From Octopus vulgaris (taxonomy: Eukaryota), in assembly GCA_951406725.2 (NCBI GenBank), contig OX597831.1, forward strand, positions 13,950,001 to 14,014,000: a DNA stretch of 64,000 nt, written 5' to 3'. A program made the position numbers and the translations under genes. Shown here piece after piece: positions 39,912 through 63,358 of the stretch. Under the pieces are notes generated by a model. That model was not told the DNA's origin. It did no database searches and saw only the letters and a program-made list of their open reading frames with translations. Each line of letters starts with the position of its first letter. Position 1 is the stretch's first letter.

Positions 39912-40987
39912 TATTACATATACTTTGTTAAAATATTCATTGTATTATAAGTTTTATATCATAATAATTAATTATTATAATAATTAAAATCCTTTTAACA
40001 TTATTTGCTCATGAACCTCTTCATGTTTACAAAGTTTCAAATTATGAGCGATTAAGCATATATTACAAACGGTCGATTTTGAGCATTATACTTGCATTGT
40101 AAATCAGTATGCTGACAAATGGAATGCTATTAGTGAAACAAAAATCACTTCTTATAATGCTAATTTGCCTTCCAAAATGATGATCAATGTTGCTTTGTTT
40201 TTTCAAAAAATGTAATTGAAATGAAATAACAGGGCTAAATGATAATTATAAAATATAAATCAAAAATTAATGGTGGCCTTTTCCTTATAAAACCAACACT
40301 CACCTCCACGTGGTATAAGGGTGAACCAGAAATGATACTTGAATGATAATCTAAATAATAATTTGTATAATTTAATCTTAAAAAACAAGAAAATTTTAAT
40401 GAAATAAATTTCCAGTTTTACAGAAAAATGGTTCGACAAAATGTTCAAACTTCTAAGTTTTCTAAAAATAAAATTGTAGTTTTACAAAAAATGTTTAATA
40501 AAATGTTGAGCCGTCAAAAGTTAGAGACCATGATTTGAAAATAATTAAAAATGAATTGGCATTTTGTTGCACTTTCTGAAATACTCATCTCATTAGCAAA
40601 CAAATCTTATTTTTAAAGGTGGGGGAATACCACCATTTCAGTCCCCTTTTCTTAATAAATGAAGATGAACTATATCGTCTCTTTTAGAAGCGCGATTAGA
40701 AGCATATCTTGGGGATCAAGGAAGAAAGGGGACAAGTAATGGTATGGAGGAGAGAAAGGAAAAGGATCAGGGTATAAAAGGAGAAACGTGAAACAAAAAT
40801 AGGTCCAGGAAGAAAGATTATTATGAGCTATTCGAAGCGGAAAGATGGGAGGGGATGTATAATGAAATGAAGAAGAGAAAAGGAAAAGAAAGGGAAAGAG
40901 AGAAAAGGGAAAAAAAGAAGAGAGAAAGAAGATCTAGGAAGAAGTATGATCAGAGAAAGAAAAAGAAAGGGGAGAAGAAATGAGATT

Positions 40988-41297
40988 AGATCGACCCCTG
41001 TAGGCAACTGGTACTTAATTCATCGATCCAGAAAGGATGAAAGGCATAGTCGAACTCGGCGGAATTTGAATTCAGAGCGTAAAGACAGACGAAAAACCTA
41101 TTTCTTTACTGCCCACAAGGGGCTGCACACAGAGGGGACAAACAAGGACAGAGAAACGGATTAAGTCAATAATATCGAAACCAGTGCGTAACTGGTACTT
41201 ATTTAATCGACCCCGAAAGGATGAAATGCAAAGTCGACTTCGGCGGAATTTGAACTCAGAACGTAGCGGCAGACGAAATACCAGCTCGCCGCCTTAA
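40988..41297 (-). mobile_element. tRNA-derived SINE family 2 with Tx1-like tail
   Basis: rc aaggcggcgagctgg...gagttcaaattccgccg. Other copies: 22125-22320(-), 35463-35680(+), 37058-37250(+), 42560-42942(-), 47592-47770(+). Confidence 0.85.
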
Positions 41298-41594
41298 GTT
41301 GCTTAGAATATTTTTAGTCTAAAGTATATGATATATTTATATTAATGATTGTGTGTGTTTATATACACATCGCTGTTTTACAAATTGAGTGTAGAAGAAA
41401 CCACATTACTTTGAATAGTGGGTATATATGATTAAATTTTGTAGAAATAATTATTCTGAAGCTCCTGCGGTAATAATATCCTGTTTAAATATATTAGTGT
41501 TAGTATCACATAACTAACCTCAGGGTTGCTCCTTGCAGTCAATGTGTTATTTCTGTCAATGTAACTCTTCAAAATCTTGTGAAAGTGAAATTAT

Positions 41595-51676
<10,082 letters not shown>

Positions 51677-51738
51677 CGTCAACTGTCCACTACATCGACA
51701 CCCAATTAAGACTGAGCAATTTCCACGTTTGCGTGTGT

Positions 51739-51766
51739 TGTATATTTAGATATGATGTAACAGCTG
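51739..51766 (-). promoter_or_regulatory. Gene C core promoter
   Basis: minus-strand CAGCTGTTACATCAtatcTAAATATAca. Confidence 0.6.
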
Positions 51767-52499
51767 TTTCTCTTCACTCCAACTATATTCGTATTTAATA
51801 TAGAAGATGTTAAATAATGTTTTACTGTCTCATATTTAATGGTTTGGATGGTAATGATAATGGTGTTAGTGATTTATTTGAAATGTTAAAGCAAATTGGG
51901 TGAATAGAAAAAATGTTTTCAATTTGTACTTTGCAATTCTTTATGTATTAGTTGCGTGTTTATTGTAAAACCTCGATACCAAAATCTGTGTTAAATTCAA
52001 GTATATTGAAAACTTAAGATGTACATTGGTGTATCTGTCTAGTATGAAGATATGTTTCTATTCAGTGAAAGTTCACACGTAAATAGTTACATTCAGATAC
52101 ATAGAAATAAGTGTGCCTGTGATCTGCTTTTCGTATTGTTTTGCTATGATTTGTATTCCAGGCAACGGTTAACTTTTTTTTCTTCAACAGTGGACATTGT
52201 TGGTTTCAGTATTACTGACTTTGCCAGCGGATGATGGGTCATAGTGACTGAGCGCGTTTTTAGCTGCTCACAATTAGAGACCTCAGAATATTTTCCATAC
52301 TTCAGACTCTATCCACTATCAGATTCCTATTCTACAATAGATTAGTGAAATTAATGATTCACAGAGTAGTAGGATCGAAACTGGATCAACCCCTTCCGAA
52401 AACAATTTCTTCTTAATCACACAATCAAGTTAGGATCAAAGCCGCTATTAGCTTTACTGTTATCCTCTCTTCAAGACTAACACATCACACTTTCTCGGT

Positions 52500-53160
52500 C
52501 CGAACTCCATTCTAATATCAGCACTGAAGGTATACACCGTATCAACGAGGGAACTGACTTAGGCTTCATATTTACCATAAAGTTTGAGATCATCTATGAA
52601 TAACAAATGGTTGATATTTTGTTGGCGGCTCTTGAATACATACCCAGCTTTTTCTTTCCTCGGAATCAGTGTTAGTGGTATCAACACAGTACAAATATCA
52701 GTGGGGACAGGCAGTCTCCGTGGAAGATGCCCCTCCTGATTTCTACTGTTCCTAAAAGTCTTCCGTATGCTGTCAGGTCCGTCCTCCAATTCGCCATACT
52801 TTTCCGAGCAATCGCTCAACATTCGATGCAAATAGGTTCATATTTTCCATAATCCAAAGGTGTGGGATCATAACGTATGCCTTACGATAGTCGATCCATG
52901 ACATGGCTAAGCTACTTTTCCTCCTCTTGCAGTCTCTAAGTACAGCTTTGTCTATCAGGAGCTGATCCATGATACCTGTGCACTTACGCTTGCAGCCCTT
53001 CAGCTCGTCTGGCAGGACTCCATTTTTTTTCCAGATGTTCGTACATTAACTCTGCGAGTATTCCAGTCAATAATTTAAAACATAAGTGGAGAACAGGATA
53101 TCACCTGTAATTGTCTACCGTATTGCTTTTTCCATGTTTTGCAAGCACAGCACTGTCCTA
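52500..53160 (-). mobile_element. R4/Dong RT fragment, degraded
   Basis: [35 protein letters not shown]. Confidence 0.8.
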
Positions 53161-53237
53161 CCCAATGCCAACCACTCTGGTGTTACCTGGTCGGCATTTA
53201 ACAAGGTGTTGAGTTGCGCAGCTATTCGTGCATGACA

Positions 53238-53272
<35 letters not shown>

Positions 53273-53596
53273 GAGTGAGAGAGCCGTGCATGCCACCAAA
53301 GTGACACTGGGGTAAAATATACGAAGCCCAGTATACCCATCATGACTACTTGTCTGATAAGGGTACACCAGGCGCATGTATCACAGCCATATGTGCACGA
53401 CAGTGATTTCATATCAAGATAAACAGCGCGTGACCTTGCAGGTGAGGTCCTGTTAGAATTTTCTTCAGGTTCAGTATCCCATCCCGCTCAAAGGTCCCTG
53501 AATAAGGGTTGTTTAAGGATGTTGAACGAACCACCCAAGACAAAACAATGTACATGTTATCACTTCTGATCAGTTAAGGTCAGAAGGTGGTGGTGC

Positions 53597-53675
<79 letters not shown>

Positions 53676-53759
53676 ATTTTGTAGTTGTTGTATAATTTTG
53701 TAGTTGTTGTTTAATTTTTTGTTGTTGCTATTGTTGTTATTCTTTTTTCTCTCTCTTTA

Positions 53760-54603
53760 CTATTTACTCTTTTACTTGTTTCAGTCATTTGACTGTGGCC
53801 ATGCTGGAGCACCTCCTTTAATCGAGCAAATCGACACCAGGACTTATTCATTGTAAGCTTAGTACTTATTCTATCGGTCTCTTTTGCCGAACGGCTAAGT
53901 TACGGGGACGTAAACACACCAGCATCGGTTGTCAAGCGATGCTGTGGGAACAAACATACACACACACACATATATATTTATATATATACATATATACGAC
54001 GGGCTTCTTTCCGTTTCCGTCTACCAAATCCACTCACAAGGCTTTGGTCGGCCCGAGGCTATAGTAGAAGACACTTGCCGAAGGTGCCATGCAGTGGGAC
54101 TGAACCCTCTAAACTCGCAACCATGGGGTTGGTAAGCAAGCTACTTACAACACAGTCACTCCTCTGAACCCGCAACCATGTGGTTGGTAAGCAAGCTACT
54201 TACATCACAGCCACTCCTCTGAACTCGCAACCATGTGGTTGGTAAGCAAGCTACTTACAACACAGTCACTCCTCTGAATCCGCAACCATGTGGTTGGTAA
54301 GCAAGCTACTTACAACACAGCCACTCCTCTGAACTCGCAACCATGTGGTTGGTAAGCAAGCTACTTACCACACAGTCAATCCTCTGAACCCGCAACCATG
54401 TGGTTGGTAAGCAAGCTACTTACAACACAGTCACTCCTCTGAACCCGCAACCATGTGGTTGGTAAGCAAGCTACTTACAACACAGTCAATCCTCTGAACT
54501 CGCAACCATGTGGTTGGTAAGCAAGCTACTTACAACACAGTCACTCCTCTGAACCCGCAACCATGTTGTTGGTAAGCAAGCTACTTACCACACAGCCACT
54601 CCT
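53760..54603 (-). mobile_element. SINE family 1 copy with 9 x 55-bp tandem amplification of its head
   Basis: Unit ctgaacccgcaaccatgtggttggtaagcaagctacttacaacacagtcactcct starts at 54109, 54164, 54219 ... 54549. Confidence 0.9.
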
Positions 54604-54941
54604 GTTTAATTTTTTTTAATAAAGTCGATGGCAAACGGACTTCTGTTTAAAGAATAATGTCACTGTTATAAACTCTGTTAGATTTTAACAAGAAGTATAA
54701 CAGAATGTTTCCAACATAGGCGAGGGTTTACAGTACAACAGAAATCTAGACAGATAAGTAAATATCAAACAGAGAAGATCTATATTTGCTTTGAAAACAA
54801 TCCAACATATTTAAATGTAATTATTCGCTCCACGGAAGCTGACAATAATAGCTTTGAAGTTAGCTTGACATAAAAAAAAATAGGTAGATAAGACTCGTGG
54901 GGTGAGTATATTTATAGTTATTATTTTTATCATCAACATCA

Positions 54942-55029
<88 letters not shown>

Positions 55030-55056
55030 TAATATTATTATTATTATTATTATTAC

Positions 55057-55107
<51 letters not shown>

Positions 55108-55109
55108 GA

Positions 55110-55605
55110 TTGAGTGAGAGAGCAGTGCATGCCATCGAAGTGACACTGGGATATAAATATACGGAGGCCAATATAACCCTGATGACTACCCGTCTGATAA
55201 GGGTACATGGGGATCTCATATCAAGATAAACAGTGCATGACCTTGCAGTTAGGGCCCAGTTAGAATTTTCTTCAGGTCGAGTTGCGCATCCCGTTCAAAA
55301 GGACCCTGAATAAGGTTTGTTTAAGGATGTTGAACAAAGCACCTATATTTCCAGTTGTGACTTAGTCAAACCCCAAAGAATTCCTCTCAACACGTGGCTA
55401 TGATGTTCCCTCACTACTTCTGCTTGTGATAAGTGACAGAAATATTGCCAGCCACCAAGGGACATGCTCAACCGGTTAAGGTCAAGCAAAAGGGAAGCAA
55501 ATAGGTGGTATTGAGCAGAATATCTGCTTTAGCCCGTCTTTTTTCACCAAGACTAAACATGTACATAATAACACTTCCAATCAGTTAAGATCAGAAGCCA
55601 TGACA
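55110..55605 (-). mobile_element. Interspersed repeat ending in (TAA)n (second copy 53271-53580)
   Basis: ttgagtgagagagc.gtgcatgcca.c.aagtgacactggg shared by both copies, each abutting an ATT array. Confidence 0.7.
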
Positions 55606-57029
55606 ACGGCGACCTCCACTACGGTTTCAGTTCTGTCGTCTCTTACAAAATCAGCCCATGCAATGCATTCCTCCATTGTTATCAATAGATAATGTATTAT
55701 TGATGTACGACAGGAAATGTGTTTTGTGGTGCCATTTCTGTTACCGTAACCGCTAAGTCAGCTGGAAGTGTGATGCGAGTGACGAACTTTGTGGGGCTAA
55801 ATATTTAGCTATATATTAACAGTAATTCGGTGATAATATAATCGTTACAGAAGAGCCTATTCTTAGGGATACTCAGCCAATAACTGATTCGTCTTACATA
55901 AAACCAGCAAAGTTTTCAGTCATCGAGTTTCTCAGAAATCAAACGTTGGTGTGAAATATTCTGTTGCGAGGCAAACATATATTTCACAATTTATTTTGGA
56001 AGCAATTCACGACTAAGAACAGCAGAAGGGGCTCTGAGTAAAATCCTTGATCTTTTTACCTGTCCCAATTGCAGAGAGCAAAAACATTAAGCTAAAGTGG
56101 AAGAAGGTTAATGTTGAGTGCTGCCAGGATTACTGCGCTCATTTCTTTACTTGAAATGTCGATAAAATCTTCGTCTGGAACCCATCTCAAAGTGCTGAAT
56201 GCAAATTAAAAATGAATAAAATTCAAGGGATGAAAGGAAGGTTTCCATTTCCAAAGCAACCAGAATGTTCATTAAATCAGAAAAATTCAAAGTTCACCAC
56301 GTCGCTTTGCACCGCAAATGTAAATGTCTCAACTTCAGTGCTACCGGCTGCTGATGCAATTTAAGTCAGAGTCCTTAATTGTAGCTGTTCTTTCGACAGA
56401 ATCTCAAATTTGTGGATTATTGATTTTGTAGTAAAGATTGTTTGACAATATAACATGGTAGTCCTGGTTTAGGATGAATGTTGCTGTAATTTAGCCTCAG
56501 GAGACATCGTCTCCAGCTGGCTATACGACATGATCTGTGTCCTTATATTTTCGAACATGGGGCTAGATGACAGCAACATTCGTCCTAGACCATGTTATGT
56601 TGGTAAACAATCTTTGCTACAAAGTACTGTTACAGAATATCTCACTTTGTGAGATTTAAAAATAGTAATTTTCTAATTGATTTTGCGTATCATAAAGCAA
56701 ATTGACTGTAAACTATGGAATAATTTCAGAATATCTTTTTAATACGAAACAATACAACTTCAAGACTAATTGCTACCAAGCTATTTCACGAAAAGGTTTC
56801 CGAATAAAAACTAAGTTTAGCCTTTTCCATGTGGTAGGTGTGAGTTGATATGACAAATGTATTTTCCTTTAGAAAATAGAGTTTCTCGGCATCGGATATA
56901 CCGAATAAAATATGTTGTCTATGTAAAAGAACGAAACTGAGGCATGTTCAATATAGAATGCACAGCAGCGCAAAGAAATAATTTCAACCAAAAACATGTT
57001 AGTATATAAGGAAGCAAAAAACTGGCCTT

Positions 57030-57345
57030 CTGTCTATTGCGACGAATCGAATTCCAGTTGATCCGGTCAACTGAACAGCTTGCTCGTGAGATTAACGTGC
57101 AAGTGGCTGTACGCCCCACTGACACGCTCACTCCTTTACATCGTTCTCAGGAAGATTCAGCGTGACACAGAGTTTGACATGGATGACTCCTTGAAATACA
57201 GGTACTACTCATTTTTGCCAGCTGTGTAGACTGGAGTAACGTGAAATAAAGTGTCTTGCTCAGGGACACAACAGGCTTCTGGGAATCGAACTCGTGACCC
57301 TACGATTGCGAGCTGAATAACCTAAACTCTAAGCTTCGCGCCTTC
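57030..57345 (-). mobile_element. tRNA-derived SINE family 4 (related copies ~62780-62920 and ~63465-63725)
   Basis: rc gagttcgattccc B box followed by gtgtccctgagcaagacactttatttcacgttactccagtc core. Confidence 0.7.
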
Positions 57346-58793
57346 ACAGTGATTAAATACGCAATAAATTTATGCAACGCTCTTGATAAATACTGAAATA
57401 AATTGAATCCAAAAATGTTTGAAAACAGAATTCTCAAAGATATGTTGCACTGTGAGAATAGTGATGCCTTCATTATAAACTTTAACAAAGGAAACGAAAA
57501 GGACAAAAGAAAATTTCCCTTTAAGAATCTTCAATATGTGGCTTTCAGAAAATATGAGTGGAAAGCACATAGACAAGTCAGCAACTAAACAACTCTGCCA
57601 TAGACTGGGCAATGACGCTGTTCAAATAATATGCGGTGGAATTCAAAGAAACTTTAAGCTTGCCTCAGGCAATTTATTGGAAAAATTGTTTTCATTCGAT
57701 ATTACCGGGATGAGTTAGTTTGGATTCAAGGAAAGTAATTTCAATAACAGGTTCGAGTATCATATACTCTCATTCAGATTTATAATCCAAGCAAATTATT
57801 CCTTAACATCTCAGTATATCTGCAAAATGAAAGAAGAGGGAATCTGTTCAATATCGTTAAATATTCACACATAATTGCGCAGCCAATATTCCCGAAATTC
57901 CCTCTTTCACACACCAAATTCATCCCAAACTCATTGTATGCAAGTGTTTCCATTCAATGAAAACTACTAAATAACACCGGCATATTTATTATATTTTTAT
58001 TTACATATACATGTATTTCTTCACATTTGTCTTAAAAACAGCGTTAGTATTGATTGCTGACCGGAATATGAACTGTAATGAAGATAGAAAACGACGGTTA
58101 TTAAAACATTTGTATTAAAAAAGTGCTTTATTCCAATTAAGCAAAAGGGGTTCCTTGCAGATGACTTAGTATTGCCTACCGTTCTTTTATGTGCCACGTC
58201 GCCCGCTTCCCACAGATCAATCCCTGATATTTCTAATAATTTCCTAAACATGATTCCGAATCATATTCATACAAAACAAATATTTCACGTATTTCAGCCA
58301 TTTGAATTTTTAAAAATCTATTGAAACAATATAATAAACAATTTGGATAATCAGTGCGTGTTATAAGCAATTTAAGTCAAGTTATGAGTATGTTATATGC
58401 AAATTAAGCCCAGAAAACAAACGGAAAAGAAATTCGAGAACATTTATACGAGGCAATTCTAGCGTGAAAGTTAACGAGGGAGATATCTACGGTTGTCTTG
58501 GCAATTTTTACAAAACTAAATTTCTAACACAACTAGAAAGCGCTCATGTCCAAGAGACACAGGATTCTTCTCTAAGCCGCTTATCAGATTTGTGTGGGTA
58601 GCTTTAAAGCGACCGTCATTAGTCAAACCAATAAAACAGACAGACCAAAATCAAATGACCTGTGAAAGTAATGTATTTGTGCGAGCGCGAAGAGATGCTG
58701 AGAGGGAAGTGGGTTGAGTAAATTTAATTCTTACTCACCGGTTAAATAGAAACATTTATGAAGATGAAGAAGATTTCTCTTTTAAGTACTTCC

Positions 58794-58830
58794 CAACAAT
58801 TTGAAGAGAAACGCATAGAATATATTTCAT
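58794..58830 (-). pseudogene. Gene D: exon-1 relic (MKYILCVSLQIV)
   Basis: Homologous to exon 1 of A and C; donor mutated to GGAAGT; SINE inserted between TATA and ATG; no convincing exons 2-5 found. Confidence 0.7.
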
Positions 58831-58856
58831 CGTGGATTTTCCTATTAAATCAACAT

Positions 58857-59156
58857 TATCACCACCATCACGTGACCGACCAGTCCATCAGATATAGTTA
58901 CACATCGCTGGTCACAATGCGTTCGCATTGTTTTAGCCTTCGAATGACGCCACCCCGCTGGCTAAGCGAGCAGGCCAACAGAAGAAAGAGTGGTGAAAGA
59001 GTACAGCAGGGATCACCACCATCCCCTGCCGGAGCCTCGTGGAGCTTTTAGGTGTTTTCGCTCAATAAACACTCACAACGCCCGGTCTGGGAATCAAAAC
59101 CGCGATCCTACGACCGCGAGTCCGCTGCCCTAACCACTAGGCCATTGCGCCTCCAC
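58857..59156 (-). mobile_element. tRNA-derived SINE family 3 with 10-bp TSD
   Basis: TSD aaatcaacat at 58847-58856 and 59157-59166; head tggcctagtggttagggcagcggactcgcgg...ggttttgattccc. Confidence 0.88.
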
Positions 59157-59203
59157 AAATCAACATATGCCTTTCAAATATTCTCCTCCTTGTCTCTGTG
59201 TTT

Positions 59204-59231
59204 TGTATATTTAGAAATGACGTAACAACTG
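59204..59231 (-). promoter_or_regulatory. Gene D core promoter relic
   Basis: minus-strand CAGTTGTTACGTCAtttcTAAATATAca. Confidence 0.5.
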
Positions 59232-59697
59232 TTCCTTTGTGCACCAGCTGTATCTAGATTTGTTTCATAAGACTTATAATATTTTACTGACATATTTAAA
59301 AGTTTTGCTGAAAATAGTTTTAGTGTTGTATTTGAGATACTGAAACTTGCTTTATATGCATGTTTGATCAATTAAAAGAATTTCATATTTTCATTTTGGA
59401 TTACTCCAAATAAGAATTCCAACCCGTCTTGTTTTTAAAAGCCTCGATGTAAACGTCTCTTTTAAATCGAAATATATCAATAACCATTTGCAGATCCTGT
59501 CTCTCTCCATACGTCTCTAATTCAAAAAACATCAGCATTCAATCATACTTATACACATAGACATATATACTGCAGCATTCTCTCACGTACACGTCTTTGT
59601 ATGTGTCTGTGTGTGCGTGTATGTGCTTATGTATGCAAGTATACTTGTGTGTGTATATATACATATATATAAACATATGGCTGCTACTTTAGTGTGA

Positions 59698-60460
59698 GGT
59701 CTACCGCAGTATCCTGTGAACGCTGTGAAATTACTTTTAGCGTGCCGCCCACCTTTTCTTGCCCTTTTGCACTTTAGCGTGCCACCTACCTCTACTATAA
59801 GAACTTTATATCACAGGATGATAAAAACAAATGGAATAATGTTGAGTAATGATTTATTAATAACTTACACTTAAATCATAATCAACCATACATACTTTGT
59901 ACATCATTTAGGAATGTCACAGGCAAATCTGCTGCATCTTTTCTCAAAACTTCCTAGTAACAGTGATCAAGGTGTAACTGGAAAAGTTCATTACTAACGC
60001 CTCTTATTTTCTTTAAAATAATTGTCTTGGAATCCAACCATGATCTCTTAAAAGCTTGAGTTTGTGCTCCTGTCACTAGATCCACATAAGGTTCTTGATG
60101 ATTCACTGTAAAATGGCGATAACCCATGGCATTTAGATTAGAATATTCAGGCCGTTCACCTGAGTGAATTACTGAATCTTTTTCACATTTCCGCTCAATG
60201 ATTGGTAATAGTGTTTCTGTCACGCGGGCCCCATAGAAGTATTGGCAGTCAGAGCCTTGTTTCAGACCAAAGAACCAATGACCATCAATTCTACGTCCAT
60301 GGTTCCTCTTGTTTTGTACATCTATGTAAGTTTCTTCAGCAAGAGGGGCATTGTCGCCATTTAGCAGTCTCCCACGATTCTATTTCTGTCGACCAGCAAA
60401 TCTTGCCTCTCAGTTTCAATGGGACTGTTGTTTGTTCCATCTTGCTCCGTTGACGACGAG
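59698..60460 (-). mobile_element. Merlin (ISXO2/IS1595-like) transposase remnant
   Basis: [45 protein letters not shown]; truncated at the (GATA)n/Tx1 insertion. Confidence 0.82.
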
Positions 60461-60524
60461 ATATAGATAGATAGATAGATAGATAGATGGATAGATAGGT
60501 AGAAAGATAGATGGATAGATAGGT

Positions 60525-60613
<89 letters not shown>

Positions 60614-60778
60614 TGTTTCTTTATTAGCCACACAGGGCTGCACACAGATAGAACAAATTACAAGGTAGAGCTTTTCTTTTGAAGGTAAAAAAAATAATTA
60701 AAAAGATTAAAAAAAGGGGGGTCGATCAAAAGGGATCGTAAAAGGAGAGAAAGAGGACAAAAAAGGGGGGGTTAAAAA
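60614..60778 (-). mobile_element. 5'-truncated 3' end of the same Tx1 family, flanked by (GATA)n
   Basis: tttctttattagccacacagggctgcacacagat matches 5490-5600; GATA repeats at 60464-60612 and 60778-60801. Confidence 0.85.
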
Positions 60779-62949
60779 GATAGATAGATAGATAGATAGA
60801 TGTAGTTGAAATTTACAGAAAAACAAAAGATGAAGACAGGTGGTTACAAAACAAACAGAGGATAAAAGAAAACTTTAGGAGCTAGCGGTCAATCATGGCG
60901 GCTGGCTGGACAAAGGCAGTTAGACATGCGAGCTAGGAAGAAGGGGAGATAATAAAGTATTGGTGATCCCAAAAGGAAGGCGTGCATGCGTGTGTATGTG
61001 AGAGTGTGTAAGTGTGTGCTTGTGGACAGGGGCTGATTTATTTGACGTGTGGATGTATGCGTGTGTAAGTGTGTGCGTCTGTAATGTGTGGGTGTGTGGA
61101 TGATGGTTATATTATATATATATATACACACACACACATATATACATATACGTGTGTGTTAATGTGAGTGAGATCATAAATGTAGACATGAGGAATCGGA
61201 AGTTAATTTTAAACAGCGGAATTCGTTGCCTCATGTTTCTCTATAGACAATGAATCAAGTCTAACAGTTGTATGTAACAGGATATTGGTTACCTGAGTCA
61301 AGAGATAACAAACCGAGATGAGACTGACATGATGCTGAAGCACAAAGGTGGAGAAGAAGAGAAAAATTGAACGCATAAATACCTTCCTATCTTATCTTTT
61401 ATACTTCAAACATAGCATCCTATTCTCTCTCTTTTTCCGCACTCAACCAACCTTTTGTCTTATCATTTCCTTTGCCTGCTTTATTTATTCTCGCATCCAT
61501 CATCATTTATTAGCATCATGGTTTATCGCCAGAAGCGTGGGTGTGGCTGTTTGGGTTAGAAGCTTGGTTCCCAAACATATGGTCTTAGGTTCAGTACCAT
61601 TGCTCGGTACTTTGGCCAAGTGTCTTCTGTATTGGCCCTGGGCCGGCCAAAACCTTACGAATGGATTTGGTACACGGGAAATGAAAGAAACCATCGTGCA
61701 TGTGTGTGTGCATGTCTGTATATGTATGTGCGTGCGTGTGTATTTGAGTGTGTGTATGCTTGTGTGTGAGTGTACGCGTGTGTATGTACGTGTGTGTGTG
61801 TGCGCGTGTATTTGTGTGCATGTGTATGTGTATGCGTCCGCGTATATGTATGTGTATGCGTGTGTGCGTGTGTGTATGTGTATCTTTGTATTTATATTGC
61901 GTTCGCCCTCCCCCAGTACCGCTTGACAAACAGTGATAGTTCGTTTACGTCTCCATAACTTAGTGATTCGGCAAAAGAGACCGATAAAATAAGTAACAGA
62001 CTTACAAAGAAGTACTGGAATCTATTTGTTTAACCAAGTCCGTCAAGGTGATGCCCCAGCTTGGGCACAATCCGATGACTGAAAGATGTAAAAGACAAAA
62101 TATAAGCTGGGATTTTGATAAAATCATAATATAATGTCTTCCCGAATCTACATCCAACTGTCTTGGAGAAGCAGTACCAGCTGTATAATGTATTGCCGAA
62201 CGTAAAAAGAAACAGACCATAGCCGTCACTCGCGAGCGAGTTAAGGCCTGGTTGCACATATCATGATTTCGCCAATTGTTTTAGGTTCCTATGAATTTGC
62301 CTGCAAACATAAACACCATTTCGGCCACCTCATCCTTGTTGCAGCAGAACAGCGAGGGTGTGACAGTTAAAAAGAAAAAGGGAGAAATAGAGAGAGACAG
62401 AAGCAGACAGACAAAGAAGTGCCAGTACTTGGCTGGTACTCAGTTTTACCTGAGAAGGCTAAAGAAGAAAGGTAAAGTTACCTTCTCGAGTAATGCCGAC
62501 TTATAAGGATCGGTTTCAAGGATGTATGCAACAACACCAATAAATGAAACTGAACTCAATGAATGATGGACGATGGTGGATGGAAGAGAAAATGGCTGCC
62601 ATAAGTCATACAGCGTTCGTGACTCATTCCAAACACTGCGCCATGCATACACACTCAACGCGCTAAACGTATACTCTATCCCCTTCTTCGTTACGCAAAA
62701 CATACGGTATGTCTTCCGCACTACAACATGTACCCTGTGTAAAACAACCGCATATACACTACCCCGTATACCTCAGCGCAGGATTACTCGTTCTTCCTAT
62801 CTGTGTGGAGCAGAGCAGCGTGAAATGAAGTAAACAAAACATATCGCTTGGTCCAGGAATCGAACCCACAATCTCGCATTCAGGAGTGCAACACCCTAAC
62901 CACTAAGCCACGCACCCCCACAAAACATATATTATTTTATTTTTTATTC

Positions 62950-63142
62950 TTTTCTTTGTTTCAGTCATTTGACTGCGACCATGCTGGAGCAGCGCCTTTA
63001 GTCGAACAAATCGAACCCAGCACTTATTCTTTGTAACCCTAGTACTTATTCTATCGGTCTCTTTTGTCGTTAAGTTTCGGGGACATAAATACACTAACAT
63101 CGGTTGTCAAGCGACGGTAGGGAGACAAACACACACACACAA

Positions 63143-63203
<61 letters not shown>

Positions 63204-63358
63204 CGACGGGCTTCTTTCAGTTTCCGTCTACCAAATCCTCGCACAAGGCTTTGGTCTGCCCGAGGCTATAGTAGAAGACACTAGTCCAAGGTGCCACGCA
63301 GTGGTGCTGAACCCGGAACCATGTGGTTGGTAAGCAGCTTCTTACCACACAGCCACGC
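62950..63358 (-). mobile_element. SINE family 1, near full-length copy
   Basis: Matches 53760-54107 and the head at 1122-1270. Confidence 0.85.

Noticed and set aside
39090-40030. ~120-bp diverged direct repeats (39090-39215 and 39928-40030)
   Set aside because: AT-rich local duplication with no LTR termini or other supporting signal
54109-54603. CRISPR-like appearance of the regular array
   Set aside because: No unique spacers; contiguous SINE-derived tandem units in eukaryotic DNA
57745-57820. Possible gene D exon 3 relic (tttgcag AT...TGC TTG GAT on the minus strand)
   Set aside because: Only CLD matches, with in-frame stops and no CPEA, and it lies beyond the downstream conserved module; likely coincidence
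59085-59156. tRNA-like sequence
   Set aside because: It is a SINE head with a TSD-flanked body and a mutated B box, not a tRNA gene
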